Under the pieces are notes generated by a model. It was not told the origin of the DNA. It searched no databases and was given only the letters and a program-made list of their open reading frames with translations. Position numbers and translations under genes: made by a program. From a virus, in the IMG/VR virus record IMGVR_UViG_3300037070_005559, positions 1-58,655 of that record: 58,655 nucleotides of DNA, one strand, 5' to 3'. This document shows positions 15,914 through 23,673 of this stretch, piece after piece (the stretch's first letter is position 1; every line of letters starts with the position of its first letter).

Positions 15914-17536
15914 TTATTGAAGCCAGGGGATCGAAACTGTGGAGCACCCACCGACGAGCCGGATCTGAGTCGCATTCAGCACGCTCCAGGTTCCGAGTTC
16001 GTTGGCCGTGGCATTCAATTGCGCCACCAGAGTCGTGAGGTTGGCTGCACCACTGATCTCCGCGTGCGGGATCTCGTTGCCCATGCACTGGATGGAACTG
16101 GCCTCGACATCGTAGGTGGAGGTTGCGGGATTGAGCACAGGCGTGAACGACAGCGTATACGACGCCGCAGTGTTGGTGCAGTTCGTGGGATCGCTGCTGT
16201 AGACCTGAGCGGGGTATCCGGGGTCAGCCGCGCAGGGACTGATCTCGATGATGCACTGGGGCTCACCCTTGTGGAAGATGAGTTCCAGGAACTCGGTGTA
16301 CATCGGCCTCACCGCCAACTGAAAGTCGGCAATGAACTGGCCTTTGTTGCGCCGCTTGTTCTCGATCGCCCGTCCATTGATGTCCTCCCCAAGGTTGTCC
16401 ATCACGAACTGCCAGTTGCCCATGAAATTCCGTTTACCAAACGGCATCTCCGGACTGATCTGGGTCGTCTGCGCCACCAGCGACTGCATGGCTTTACGGT
16501 GCCAGATGTAGCTGAACCGGAATTGCGCGCGGTCGAACGATGGATTATCCACGTCCTTCAAGCCCGCTGCCCCACCCGCGCCACTCGACGGCACATTCAC
16601 GTACGGGAGCACGATCTGGTAGCGGTAGAGGCCACCAACCACACCGACAAAGTTGAAGCGCAGGTTGAACGGATCGACACGCGTGACGTAGTTGCCGATC
16701 GTTCCACTGAAGCCGTACTTCCAGTAGCGAGATGTGTCATCCCACTGCGTAAACCTCCAGTTGCCGGCAATCGAAGGCGTTCCGCCAATGCCCTGCTGCC
16801 CGCCCAGGTGATCGAGTTCCCACACGGTATCCATGTCGGACACCAACTCGATATTCGGCGGCATGTCTTTGAACGGCTGCTTGCCCAAGTAGCCCAACCG
16901 GATCAACGGCTGAAACCGCTGCTGCAACATCTGCGGCGTCAGCTTGAACACGTTCGCCGGGTTGGCATTGGTGTCGATGTAGATTTCGGCGTCGCCACTC
17001 TGCACCCACACGAAAGTGAATTCCGCAGCGGCCGTTCCAAAGTTTCGGTTGGCAATCCATTTCTTGCCCGCCAACTCCGCGGCTTTCTTCCGCATGTGGT
17101 TGGAGTAGATGGCAGACGTCGCCGGCTTCAGGATGTCGCTGATGATGTAGCGGAAGTTCTCCTTGGCCTTGGTGATGTGGATCAACTGGTCGAAGCACAG
17201 CAGCGGCGTCGCCCAACTGATTTCTTCCAGCGAATACACCAGCCGAGTCGCGCCCCAGGTAATCTGGTGCTCGGTCTTGTCGCATGGCGTGCCCAGACAA
17301 TTGCCGGCCACGGTTGGCACCCAACGCTTGGTGACGTTCGGCCAGACGTGGTTGAAGCGGTCGAGAGTGTGCTGGACGCCCGACGCGGCAGGGAATTCAC
17401 CGGTGTCGACGTGATTTATCCAACCATCAGTTGGTCTTACGTCCTCAAGTATGAGGTCATCGTAAAAAGGAAGCTGATCGACAAGGAGTTGCGTGAATTG
17501 GCACCCCGTAATTGTGCTGGTAGGACATGCCGGCAT
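15914..17536 (-). CDS. Major capsid protein (candidate) with a Ser/Thr-rich C-terminal extension
   Basis: A ~540-aa ORF downstream of portal and scaffold, followed by a strong hairpin. First ATG at 17536 (the track TTG start is at 17563). The call rests on position and size only. Confidence 0.6.
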   Translation of the reverse strand: MPACPTSTITGCQFTQLLVDQLPFYDDLILEDVRPTDGWINHVDTGEFPAASGVQHTLDRFNHVWPNVTKRWVPTVAGNCLGTPCDKTEHQITWGATRLVYSLEEISWATPLLCFDQLIHITKAKENFRYIISDILKPATSAIYSNHMRKKAAELAGKKWIANRNFGTAAAEFTFVWVQSGDAEIYIDTNANPANVFKLTPQMLQQRFQPLIRLGYLGKQPFKDMPPNIELVSDMDTVWELDHLGGQQGIGGTPSIAGNWRFTQWDDTSRYWKYGFSGTIGNYVTRVDPFNLRFNFVGVVGGLYRYQIVLPYVNVPSSGAGGAAGLKDVDNPSFDRAQFRFSYIWHRKAMQSLVAQTTQISPEMPFGKRNFMGNWQFVMDNLGEDINGRAIENKRRNKGQFIADFQLAVRPMYTEFLELIFHKGEPQCIIEISPCAADPGYPAQVYSSDPTNCTNTAASYTLSFTPVLNPATSTYDVEASSIQCMGNEIPHAEISGAANLTTLVAQLNATANELGTWSVLNATQIRLVGGCSTVSIPWLQ

Positions 17537-17743
17537 AAAATCGTTTTCGTTTTGCGGGAACAACGGTAGTTCCCACGGATTCCGACTTTATGTAGGGCGA
17601 CCTACAATCGCCTTTCAGCGACTCGCCGCGATCAGAACAGAAGATGTTCAGCTATCGGCGCTTTTACAACCTATGCGGATTGTTGCGCCTCGGGCCGTGC
17701 AGCGCCGAGATTTTTTGTCGCACTGATTGAAGCCTTACGCGAA

Positions 17744-17953
17744 TCAATCCAAACTGTCAAATACATTCTTTAAGGCGTCCCCCCTTCTCTGATCGAAAAA
17801 CTTACGAAGAACTGCCCACTTTAGCGGAGTTTGTCTTGGTGCTAAAGCCCAACATTCGGAACACCACACCCATGACGGAGATCCGCCCTTGGGGTGCAGG
17901 TGAGGTTCAAGTGGAACGCCAACCCGATGGCAGGCAATGCACCTATTTCCCAT
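17744..17953 (-). CDS. Small zinc-ribbon protein (69 aa)
   Basis: CIACH...CSEC motif. Confidence 0.5.
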   Translation of the reverse strand: MGNRCIACHRVGVPLEPHLHPKGGSPSWVWCSECWALAPRQTPLKWAVLRKFFDQRRGDALKNVFDSLD

Positions 17954-18003
17954 CTTACCCTTTGCCTTTATCCTCGCAACTCTTTCGGATTCTATTTTTC
18001 GGG

Positions 18004-18032
18004 AGTATGCACATTACAAAGGTGGTTGTCAA
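18004..18032 (-). promoter_or_regulatory. Sigma-70-like promoter downstream of the accessory island
   Basis: Minus strand reads TTGACA (18032-18027), a 17-nt spacer, then CATACT (18009-18004). Lies about 45 nt upstream of the ATG at 17953. Confidence 0.4.
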
Positions 18033-18055
18033 TAACCCGGCAGCCCATGGTCGGC

Positions 18056-18973
18056 TCACTTTTGGAGTTGCTTGGTTTCGGAAACGGCGGCCAGCACCAT
18101 GCTTGTTATCGAAGGCGGAAGTGCGCGTTTCTTTTCTTGGCTCTCAAGATAAATCGGCAATTTGATTTTCAAATACACATTGCGCATCCATTGGCGATAC
18201 TCCGGCAGAGCGGCTTCTGGATACGCCCACGGGTGCTGAGGGTTGGATCTGGCCTGAGGAAAATACTCGGGGTAATTGTGTTCGTATCGAATGCGCGCTC
18301 CATGCACCTCATCAAATCCGTTATCTTCCCAATGCTTCCCCCAGTGAATTCTAACGCTACCGTCAGGGACGGTATGTTCGTCAACGGGCACCCCGCCTTG
18401 AATGAGCGATACTATGATGTCCGCCATTTCTTTGAAGATGCTGAAATAACCAACAGGGACCTTATGATAATTAAGCGACACTCTGTCGTGAAATTTTTTC
18501 CAACACTCGGGGATTTTGTTCGTTGGATCGTAGCCAACCTGAACATAAATAAACGCCGTCAAAGACGACTTGGTTAGCAACCTGAAATTCTTTAATGCAG
18601 TTTCGCGCGGAGGTTTTACCTCAAAGGCATAATATTCTAGGATCGCAGTGCAAACGACTGCCGGATATGCAAAATGGGTTGAACCGTCTACCTCAAGCCG
18701 CATGAATAGCGGGCCATCATATTCGGCGTCGTGGAGAATATTGGATATGGCCCTGCCGCGCGGTTTTGATTGTTCGGACTCCCAGTCATTTGTTAGGTCT
18801 TGGATTACAGAATGGACGACTCCGCACATTGCTGCCAATCCACGGCCCGTCAGATAAGCCGTGCCGTCGCTCATCACTCCCATTTGAACGCCATCAATCT
18901 CAACCTGACGAGCGATGGTCAGATTAAGCATTGTCTGTGCTTTTGGGGCGGCGGGTAAATCCTTTGGTTTCAT
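18056..18973 (-). CDS. P63C-domain-like phage protein (305 aa)
   Basis: ATG at 18973 with aagga upstream (the track GTG start is at 19018). The YPAVVCTAILEYYAF...HWGKHW...YPEYFPQ...WAYPE...YL pattern is recalled as P63C-like. Not verified. Confidence 0.45.
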   Translation of the reverse strand: MKPKDLPAAPKAQTMLNLTIARQVEIDGVQMGVMSDGTAYLTGRGLAAMCGVVHSVIQDLTNDWESEQSKPRGRAISNILHDAEYDGPLFMRLEVDGSTHFAYPAVVCTAILEYYAFEVKPPRETALKNFRLLTKSSLTAFIYVQVGYDPTNKIPECWKKFHDRVSLNYHKVPVGYFSIFKEMADIIVSLIQGGVPVDEHTVPDGSVRIHWGKHWEDNGFDEVHGARIRYEHNYPEYFPQARSNPQHPWAYPEAALPEYRQWMRNVYLKIKLPIYLESQEKKRALPPSITSMVLAAVSETKQLQK

Positions 18974-19025
18974 TTGTAATATCCTATCCTTCAACGTAGT
19001 TACCCGGCGGGTAGCCACGCGCCAG

Positions 19026-19169
19026 TCACTTCGTCCGCTTAGTGCGCTTCGGCGTGAGTGGTTCCGGCTTCACCCTGATGGCCCGGCGCATCGCTGCGTC
19101 AAAGTCCATCGCCAGCACCAAGCCTCGTTCCTGGGGCCGCTTGGTTTTACCTTTGGGGGCCATTGCCAT
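19026..19169 (-). CDS. Small basic protein (47 aa; below the track cutoff)
   Basis: Hand translation: MAMAPKGKTKRPQERGLVLAMDFDAAMRRAIRVKPEPLTPKRTKRTK. Starts 2 nt after the stop of the toxin-like gene. Confidence 0.45.
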   Translation of the reverse strand: MAMAPKGKTKRPQERGLVLAMDFDAAMRRAIRVKPEPLTPKRTKRTK

Positions 19170-19171
19170 AA

Positions 19172-19450
19172 TTATTCAGCGTCCAAGGAATAATTCACAA
19201 CCGAAAGCAATATCACGTGTGATGCATTGAACGTGTAGAATATTCCGAGTTCTCGGCCTTTCGGAACGTCGCGCGAGAATACACACCAGACGGATGTGCC
19301 CGGCACATTGCGGCCACATTTGGGATTCCTCGCCAATACCCAGATAGCCCCCTCTATCAATTCATCTGCCCGCCGAGCGCTGGGTTCAATTTTTTTCAGC
19401 TCGGCTTCAAATTTATGCTCGCAAACTACAGTCCTTAAGGGCGCTTGCAT
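19172..19450 (-). CDS. RelE/ParE-like toxin candidate (92 aa)
   Basis: Small protein directly downstream of the Panacea-domain gene and overlapping it. The C-terminal IFYTFNASHVILLSV pattern is typical of RelE/ParE toxins. Confidence 0.5.
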   Translation of the reverse strand: MQAPLRTVVCEHKFEAELKKIEPSARRADELIEGAIWVLARNPKCGRNVPGTSVWCVFSRDVPKGRELGIFYTFNASHVILLSVVNYSLDAE

Positions 19451-20036
19451 CTGCTTTTAGGGCAGCAGCAGCAATGGATTCCAATGTCGCCCCGTGCTTT
19501 AACTCTTCTTGTCTCAACTGTCGCGTGGACACAAGAGCTACCGGATACGGAATGGTTTCTTCATTGCTGGCCAATTGCCATCCGATGAAGTCGTGAGACT
19601 CTTCGCTAATCTCCGATGCTGTTTTGCCTCGGTGAGCCTCAACAACCTTGTCCATCATATCGATCTCATGTGCCGAAAACAAATCTAAATTCGGTTTCCG
19701 AAGTCCGACGGTGCGATTCTGGGTGAACCCAAAATATTCCGCTCGATCAATTCTTATGTCGCCGCTCCTTATCATCTGCTTGCTCACGGGGAGCCATCTT
19801 CGCGGCGCTGGTCCATTGCCAAGTCTAAAATAACTTTGGCCGGTGATGGCTTGTCCGAAATTGAGATATGCTAAAAAGTCGCAATAAAACAAAAGCTTGT
19901 TTTGCTTTGTCGCGCCAAATGTTTCATCCCCGCGACACTTCTCGGCGAGATAGAGCACAGCCTCACGCAGTTTTGCATCCTGCACTTCACTCTTTAGCGG
20001 CTGATGTATCTTTCGTAGCGCCATAACTCGTTCCAC
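19413..20036 (-). CDS. Panacea (DUF4065 / SocA-like) domain antitoxin
   Basis: KQNKLLFYCDFLAYLNFGQAITGQSYFRLGNGPAP matches the KLLYyaD...G..iTG..Y....GPv signature. GTG at 20036 or ATG at 20024. Confidence 0.7.
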   Translation of the reverse strand: MERVMALRKIHQPLKSEVQDAKLREAVLYLAEKCRGDETFGATKQNKLLFYCDFLAYLNFGQAITGQSYFRLGNGPAPRRWLPVSKQMIRSGDIRIDRAEYFGFTQNRTVGLRKPNLDLFSAHEIDMMDKVVEAHRGKTASEISEESHDFIGWQLASNEETIPYPVALVSTRQLRQEELKHGATLESIAAAALKADASALKDCSLRA

Positions 20037-20055
20037 GGCACGCTACCACAGCAAC

Positions 20056-20070
20056 ATTGTTGCCGCAACA
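20056..20070. promoter_or_regulatory. 15-bp perfect palindrome upstream of the antitoxin gene (candidate operator)
   Basis: TTGTTGC-c-GCAACAA, read directly, 20-34 nt upstream of the GTG at 20036. Confidence 0.45.
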
Positions 20071-20141
20071 AGGAGTTATTGGGGTTTTCCACCACTTTTC
20101 CGGCCCCTTTTAATCAGTCAATCATAGAAGTTTGCCTTGAT

Positions 20142-21152
20142 TCAGGCAGACTGCTTATACGTGAGCACCTTTCCCTCGATCTTGCCCAACCCGGCAATCA
20201 TTCGCTCGCCGTCCGTGACGTGGCGATTATTCCAGCGGAACGTGAACTCATTGCAGTAGCGGAACAGGTGCTCTTTGCTGACGTGATGGAACGAACCCGC
20301 CAGCCCGCGCTTCAATAACGAGAAGAAACTTTCCGCCGTGTTCACATGGCTAACGGTTCCATCCGCGTTGTGCTTCGCGTATTGCTTCTTGCGATGGACA
20401 ACGGAACCGTGACTCTTGAACGCCCGGCGAATCGGACGATACAGGTGTGACTCGTCAGTGTTGAATGTGGCCTGACGGGATACATTGTCGAAAACGAAGT
20501 CCCGGAGATTCTTCGGGGTGACAGTCGCCAGCACCTTAGTGCGAACCTGGCCCCCGCGTTCCACGAGCGCGAGAATGGGCGACTTTGAGCTACCCTTGCG
20601 ATATCCCTTTTCCTTCAAGTTGCCCTTTGAGTCGCGGTTCGGGTTGGGGCCGTAATAGGTTTCGTCTGCCTCTACCGTGCCCGTCAGTGGCTTGTTGAAC
20701 TGTGGGTCACTCATGGCGTGCCGAATCTTGTGCATCATCATCCAAGCCGTGCGGTAGCTGCCGAAGCCTAACGCCCGTTGAATCTGCTTTGCGCTCACGC
20801 CCTTCTTGGCGTTGCAAATGAGATACCACGCGACGAGCCACTTCCAGAGCGGGATTTTGCTGTCGGTGAAAATGGTTCCAACCATCACAGAGAATTGCTT
20901 GTCGCACGCTCCACACTCATAGAGACCGTGGCGAATGCTCTTGGCCGTGTTGCCTTCGATCTTCCAGACCTTTGATTGCTCCGCATTCTTGCAGTGGGGG
21001 CAAACCGGGCCATTGGGCCAGCGGATAGCCTCAAGGTATTCACGGCCCTTGCGGTCGGGGTCGGTCAATTCCTCGCTGCTGTCCGGGGCGAAGCGGGACA
21101 TGATCTGAGTAAGGCTTAACTCCTTTGGGGTTGGCAACAAGTCGCTTTTCAT
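20142..21152 (-). CDS. IS1595-family (ISXO2-like) DDE transposase
   Basis: N-terminal zinc ribbon RWPNGPVCPHC...YECGACDKQFSVMVGTIF. Also SYRTAWMMMHKIRHAM, VEADETYYG, HVNTAESFFSLLKRG..GSFHHVSKEHLFRYCNEFTFRWNNR. ATG at 21152. Confidence 0.85.
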   Translation of the reverse strand: MKSDLLPTPKELSLTQIMSRFAPDSSEELTDPDRKGREYLEAIRWPNGPVCPHCKNAEQSKVWKIEGNTAKSIRHGLYECGACDKQFSVMVGTIFTDSKIPLWKWLVAWYLICNAKKGVSAKQIQRALGFGSYRTAWMMMHKIRHAMSDPQFNKPLTGTVEADETYYGPNPNRDSKGNLKEKGYRKGSSKSPILALVERGGQVRTKVLATVTPKNLRDFVFDNVSRQATFNTDESHLYRPIRRAFKSHGSVVHRKKQYAKHNADGTVSHVNTAESFFSLLKRGLAGSFHHVSKEHLFRYCNEFTFRWNNRHVTDGERMIAGLGKIEGKVLTYKQSA

Positions 21153-21186
21153 GGGCACAGACTACCATGGGGCTAACCTTTGTCAA
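21153..21186 (-). promoter_or_regulatory. Promoter-like element for a leaderless transposase transcript
   Basis: Minus strand reads TTGACA-aaggttagccccatgg-TAGTCT-gtgccc-ATG(21152). The -35 box overlaps the HNH stop codon. Confidence 0.45.
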
Positions 21187-21587
21187 GTGCATACTCCCGC
21201 TATTTTTGATCTTACGTGACCACGCAGCCTTTTGAGCACGCTATCAGTAAAAATGATTCCGTGTTTTTGAGCGATGTGGATTTTGTGATGGCATTTACGG
21301 CAAAGGGTGATGCAGTGTCTTGCCTGAGTTTCCCAAACGTTCTTTGGGTATTCCTTGTGATGAACGTCGTTTGATAAATTGAACGCATCACATAGAAAGC
21401 ATTTCGCACCATCGCGAGCCAGAACCTCCGCCCGCACGGTCTGCCACTGCTCAGACTTCAGGTATCCGAACCTATAAGCGTGTTTACCTGCTATGCTCAC
21501 ACCAACGTCAACATCGGCTTCCGACAGCACTCGCAAGCGCATCTCGACGACCACGCGTGATGAAACGCCCGACATCTGCGGCACCAA
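21183..21587 (-). CDS. HNH-type endonuclease-like protein (134 aa)
   Basis: WQTVRAEVLARDGAKCFLCD...VHHKEY...LCRKCHHKIH. Confidence 0.65.
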   Translation of the reverse strand: MVPQMSGVSSRVVVEMRLRVLSEADVDVGVSIAGKHAYRFGYLKSEQWQTVRAEVLARDGAKCFLCDAFNLSNDVHHKEYPKNVWETQARHCITLCRKCHHKIHIAQKHGIIFTDSVLKRLRGHVRSKIAGVCT

Positions 21588-21651
21588 AGCAACTGGCGCC
21601 CTTGCCGGCGAAGTACATCAATCCAGCCGATGGGTTGTGAAACAGGTTCCA

Positions 21652-21849
21652 TTACCGGCTTGGTGGGAGGTGAATCACCGGCTCATCTGTTGGCGCAGGC
21701 GGTGGCGGAGGCTGTTCGCTTTTCATCAGCTTCAGCATGTTATCCGCCTGGGAGTGGAGAACGGTGAATATGAACGGCCCTTGAACGCCGGCCTTTAACG
21801 CCGATCGAATGGCACCCACGATGTGGCTTTGGAATTCTTCGGGGCTCAT
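21652..21849 (-). CDS. Hypothetical protein (65 aa)
   Basis: ATGA overlap with the scaffold stop. Proline run near the C-terminus. Confidence 0.5.
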   Translation of the reverse strand: MSPEEFQSHIVGAIRSALKAGVQGPFIFTVLHSQADNMLKLMKSEQPPPPPAPTDEPVIHLPPSR

Positions 21850-23087
21850 CGTCCGCCCGCCAATCTATCCACAGCCGCATCAAACCCAGCCAGCCCCTTT
21901 GGAGCGGCCTCTCCGCCTTCCTTGCGCCCGCCCTTCCCATCAAGGTTCGGCTCCGATTTCTCGTACTCCTCCAATTTGGCCTCCAATTCGGCAACGCGCG
22001 CCTTTGTTTGTTTCAGCCGGTGATTGAGCAACCCGGCGGCTGCCGCACGATTGCGGATCGCCGAATACAGATTAGCCTTGGCTTGGGCAGTCATCTTCGA
22101 CGTGACCTCCTCCAAAAATGCGTCGTCGGCCATCTTCATCCCCTTTTCCAGAATGGCCTTTCCTTCATCGTCGCCATCATCGGCGTTGAACCAATCTTTT
22201 AGGACGGGATTTTCCAGCGCGGATTTGACCGCCGATTGGTACATGCCATTGAACTCCTTTTGCTGAGCCTTTGTAGTCTCGGTCTTCTGGTTCTCCCTCT
22301 CAAGTCCTTTGGCCCGGAAATCATCAACAGCTTTGACGCGCGCGGTATTCAACTCATTGACCTTCTCCCTCAGGTTGAGCACCAGCGGCGCCTTCTCTCC
22401 AAAAGTCTTGTTCGCGAATTCCCAAGCCGATTCATCGTCGGCGATCCCCATCAGGTTGTCGAAGTCGGCGGCAGTGCCCTGGCGGACGCTCCCGGCTTTG
22501 ATGACATCGCCGGTGGCTGGGTCTTTCTGATCGGGTTCCCTGATCTTCAATCCCTCGACGCGCTTGCGGCCACTTTGGTAGGCTTCGAGGAATGGGGCTT
22601 CATATTTGTCCTTGTACTCCTGGCTGCGCGTGTAGTCGGCAAACTTGAGCTCGTTCTCCAATTCCTCGCGCGTCTTCCCCCAATTCTCGCGCTCCTCCAG
22701 CAGCTTTTTCTTCTCCGGGTCCTCCGGCGGGGTCTTGAGCTTGGTTTCCAACTCCTGGATTTTGGAACGCAACGTCCGATTTTCAGCCTCCACCCGGTCT
22801 TTGGCCTCGCGGAGTGACGAGGCTTTGTTGGGGTCTTTCGGCTGGGCCTTGTCGTCCTTCAGTTCCTTGGGCTGGGCCTTTGGCGCTGCGGGTTCTACCT
22901 TGTCCTTCGGCTCTTTTGGCGCGACTGGCTCCTTGGCCGCGGGCTCTTTCGGTGGCTCATCTTCCTTCGCGGGCTCGACGCCGAACAATTCGTTGATCGC
23001 GTTGTCCGCGCTGGTCGTGGCCGGCCCGGCGGGGATTGCGGCTGGGTCGACGGGTGCGGCTGGTGGGGCTATGGCTTCGGCTGGCAT
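21846..23087 (-). CDS. Scaffolding protein (candidate; 413 aa)
   Basis: Highly charged, K/E/A/P-rich, coiled-coil composition. Located after the portal and before the capsid gene. Confidence 0.6.
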   Translation of the reverse strand: MPAEAIAPPAAPVDPAAIPAGPATTSADNAINELFGVEPAKEDEPPKEPAAKEPVAPKEPKDKVEPAAPKAQPKELKDDKAQPKDPNKASSLREAKDRVEAENRTLRSKIQELETKLKTPPEDPEKKKLLEERENWGKTREELENELKFADYTRSQEYKDKYEAPFLEAYQSGRKRVEGLKIREPDQKDPATGDVIKAGSVRQGTAADFDNLMGIADDESAWEFANKTFGEKAPLVLNLREKVNELNTARVKAVDDFRAKGLERENQKTETTKAQQKEFNGMYQSAVKSALENPVLKDWFNADDGDDEGKAILEKGMKMADDAFLEEVTSKMTAQAKANLYSAIRNRAAAAGLLNHRLKQTKARVAELEAKLEEYEKSEPNLDGKGGRKEGGEAAPKGLAGFDAAVDRLAGGR

Positions 23088-23091
23088 AAAT

Positions 23092-23367
23092 TTATTTCAG
23101 AATGTCCTCAATCCACGAGGCAACTTCTTTTGGAAAGGCGCTCCCGTTTCCTTCGGAAAACGAGATCATGTCATCCATCACCTGCGCCCAATTCAGTATG
23201 CACTCCGGAGAGCGATCGAAAATTCTTTCATCCAGAGCAACACGCAGAGTGGAGCCCATTCTGAATCGGTTCAACTTCAAGACCGTTGCCGCTTTCTGCA
23301 ACTGGTCTTTTGTATAGGTGAAGGTTGTGTGATCCACAGCTATCGGTGATGGGTTTTCGCCTTCCAT
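23092..23367 (-). CDS. Hypothetical protein (91 aa)
   Basis: ORF in the head module. Confidence 0.6.
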   Translation of the reverse strand: MEGENPSPIAVDHTTFTYTKDQLQKAATVLKLNRFRMGSTLRVALDERIFDRSPECILNWAQVMDDMISFSEGNGSAFPKEVASWIEDILK

Positions 23368-23370
23368 AAA

Positions 23371-23637
23371 TCAAGTCTGATGCAAATTATCCGGATCGGT
23401 CTTGGCCTTCTTCGGCTCGGTTACCAACGCGATGGATCGCAGCCGACGCAGGTATTCCACAGCGCCCTGACGCATCCACTCGTTGGCCGCTGAAGTGCCC
23501 ATGTCCGATGCGGGCTTAAAGCTCTCCTGAAATTCCAGCATCGCGCAATCAGCCGCCGCCTGAAATTGATCGCTGTCGGCCAAGTCAGTCCAGTTTTTAG
23601 CGAACGGGGATTTTTGAAACCTTTCTCTGTGCGTCAT
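23371..23637 (-). CDS. Hypothetical protein (88 aa)
   Basis: ATG at 23637, 30 nt downstream of a TTGACA. Confidence 0.6.
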   Translation of the reverse strand: MTHRERFQKSPFAKNWTDLADSDQFQAAADCAMLEFQESFKPASDMGTSAANEWMRQGAVEYLRRLRSIALVTEPKKAKTDPDNLHQT

Positions 23638-23673
23638 TTCCCAAGTTAATAACTAACACCCGTCAGGTGTCAA
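23638..23673 (-). promoter_or_regulatory. Promoter-like element after the portal gene
   Basis: Minus strand reads TTGACA (23673-23668, overlapping the portal stop)-cctgacgggtgttagt-TATTAA-cttgggaa-ATG(23637). Confidence 0.4.

Noticed and set aside
15746-17569. 607-aa plus-strand ORF, the longest ORF on that strand in this region
   Set aside because: It is the antisense shadow of the minus-strand capsid ORF. Its composition is implausible (very Arg/His/Val/Leu-rich), it has no start context, and it would run against the whole late operon.
17650-17720. Hairpin plus T-run (gcgccgagatttttt) as an intrinsic terminator
   Set aside because: The T-run follows the stem only on the plus strand, where nothing is transcribed towards it. 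The stem is short and imperfect, and on the coding (minus) strand it lacks a U-tract.
19950-21300. Terminal inverted repeats and target-site duplication for the IS1595-type transposase
   Set aside because: None could be identified by eye in the short flanks, so I do not annotate a bounded mobile element. A computational IR search is needed.
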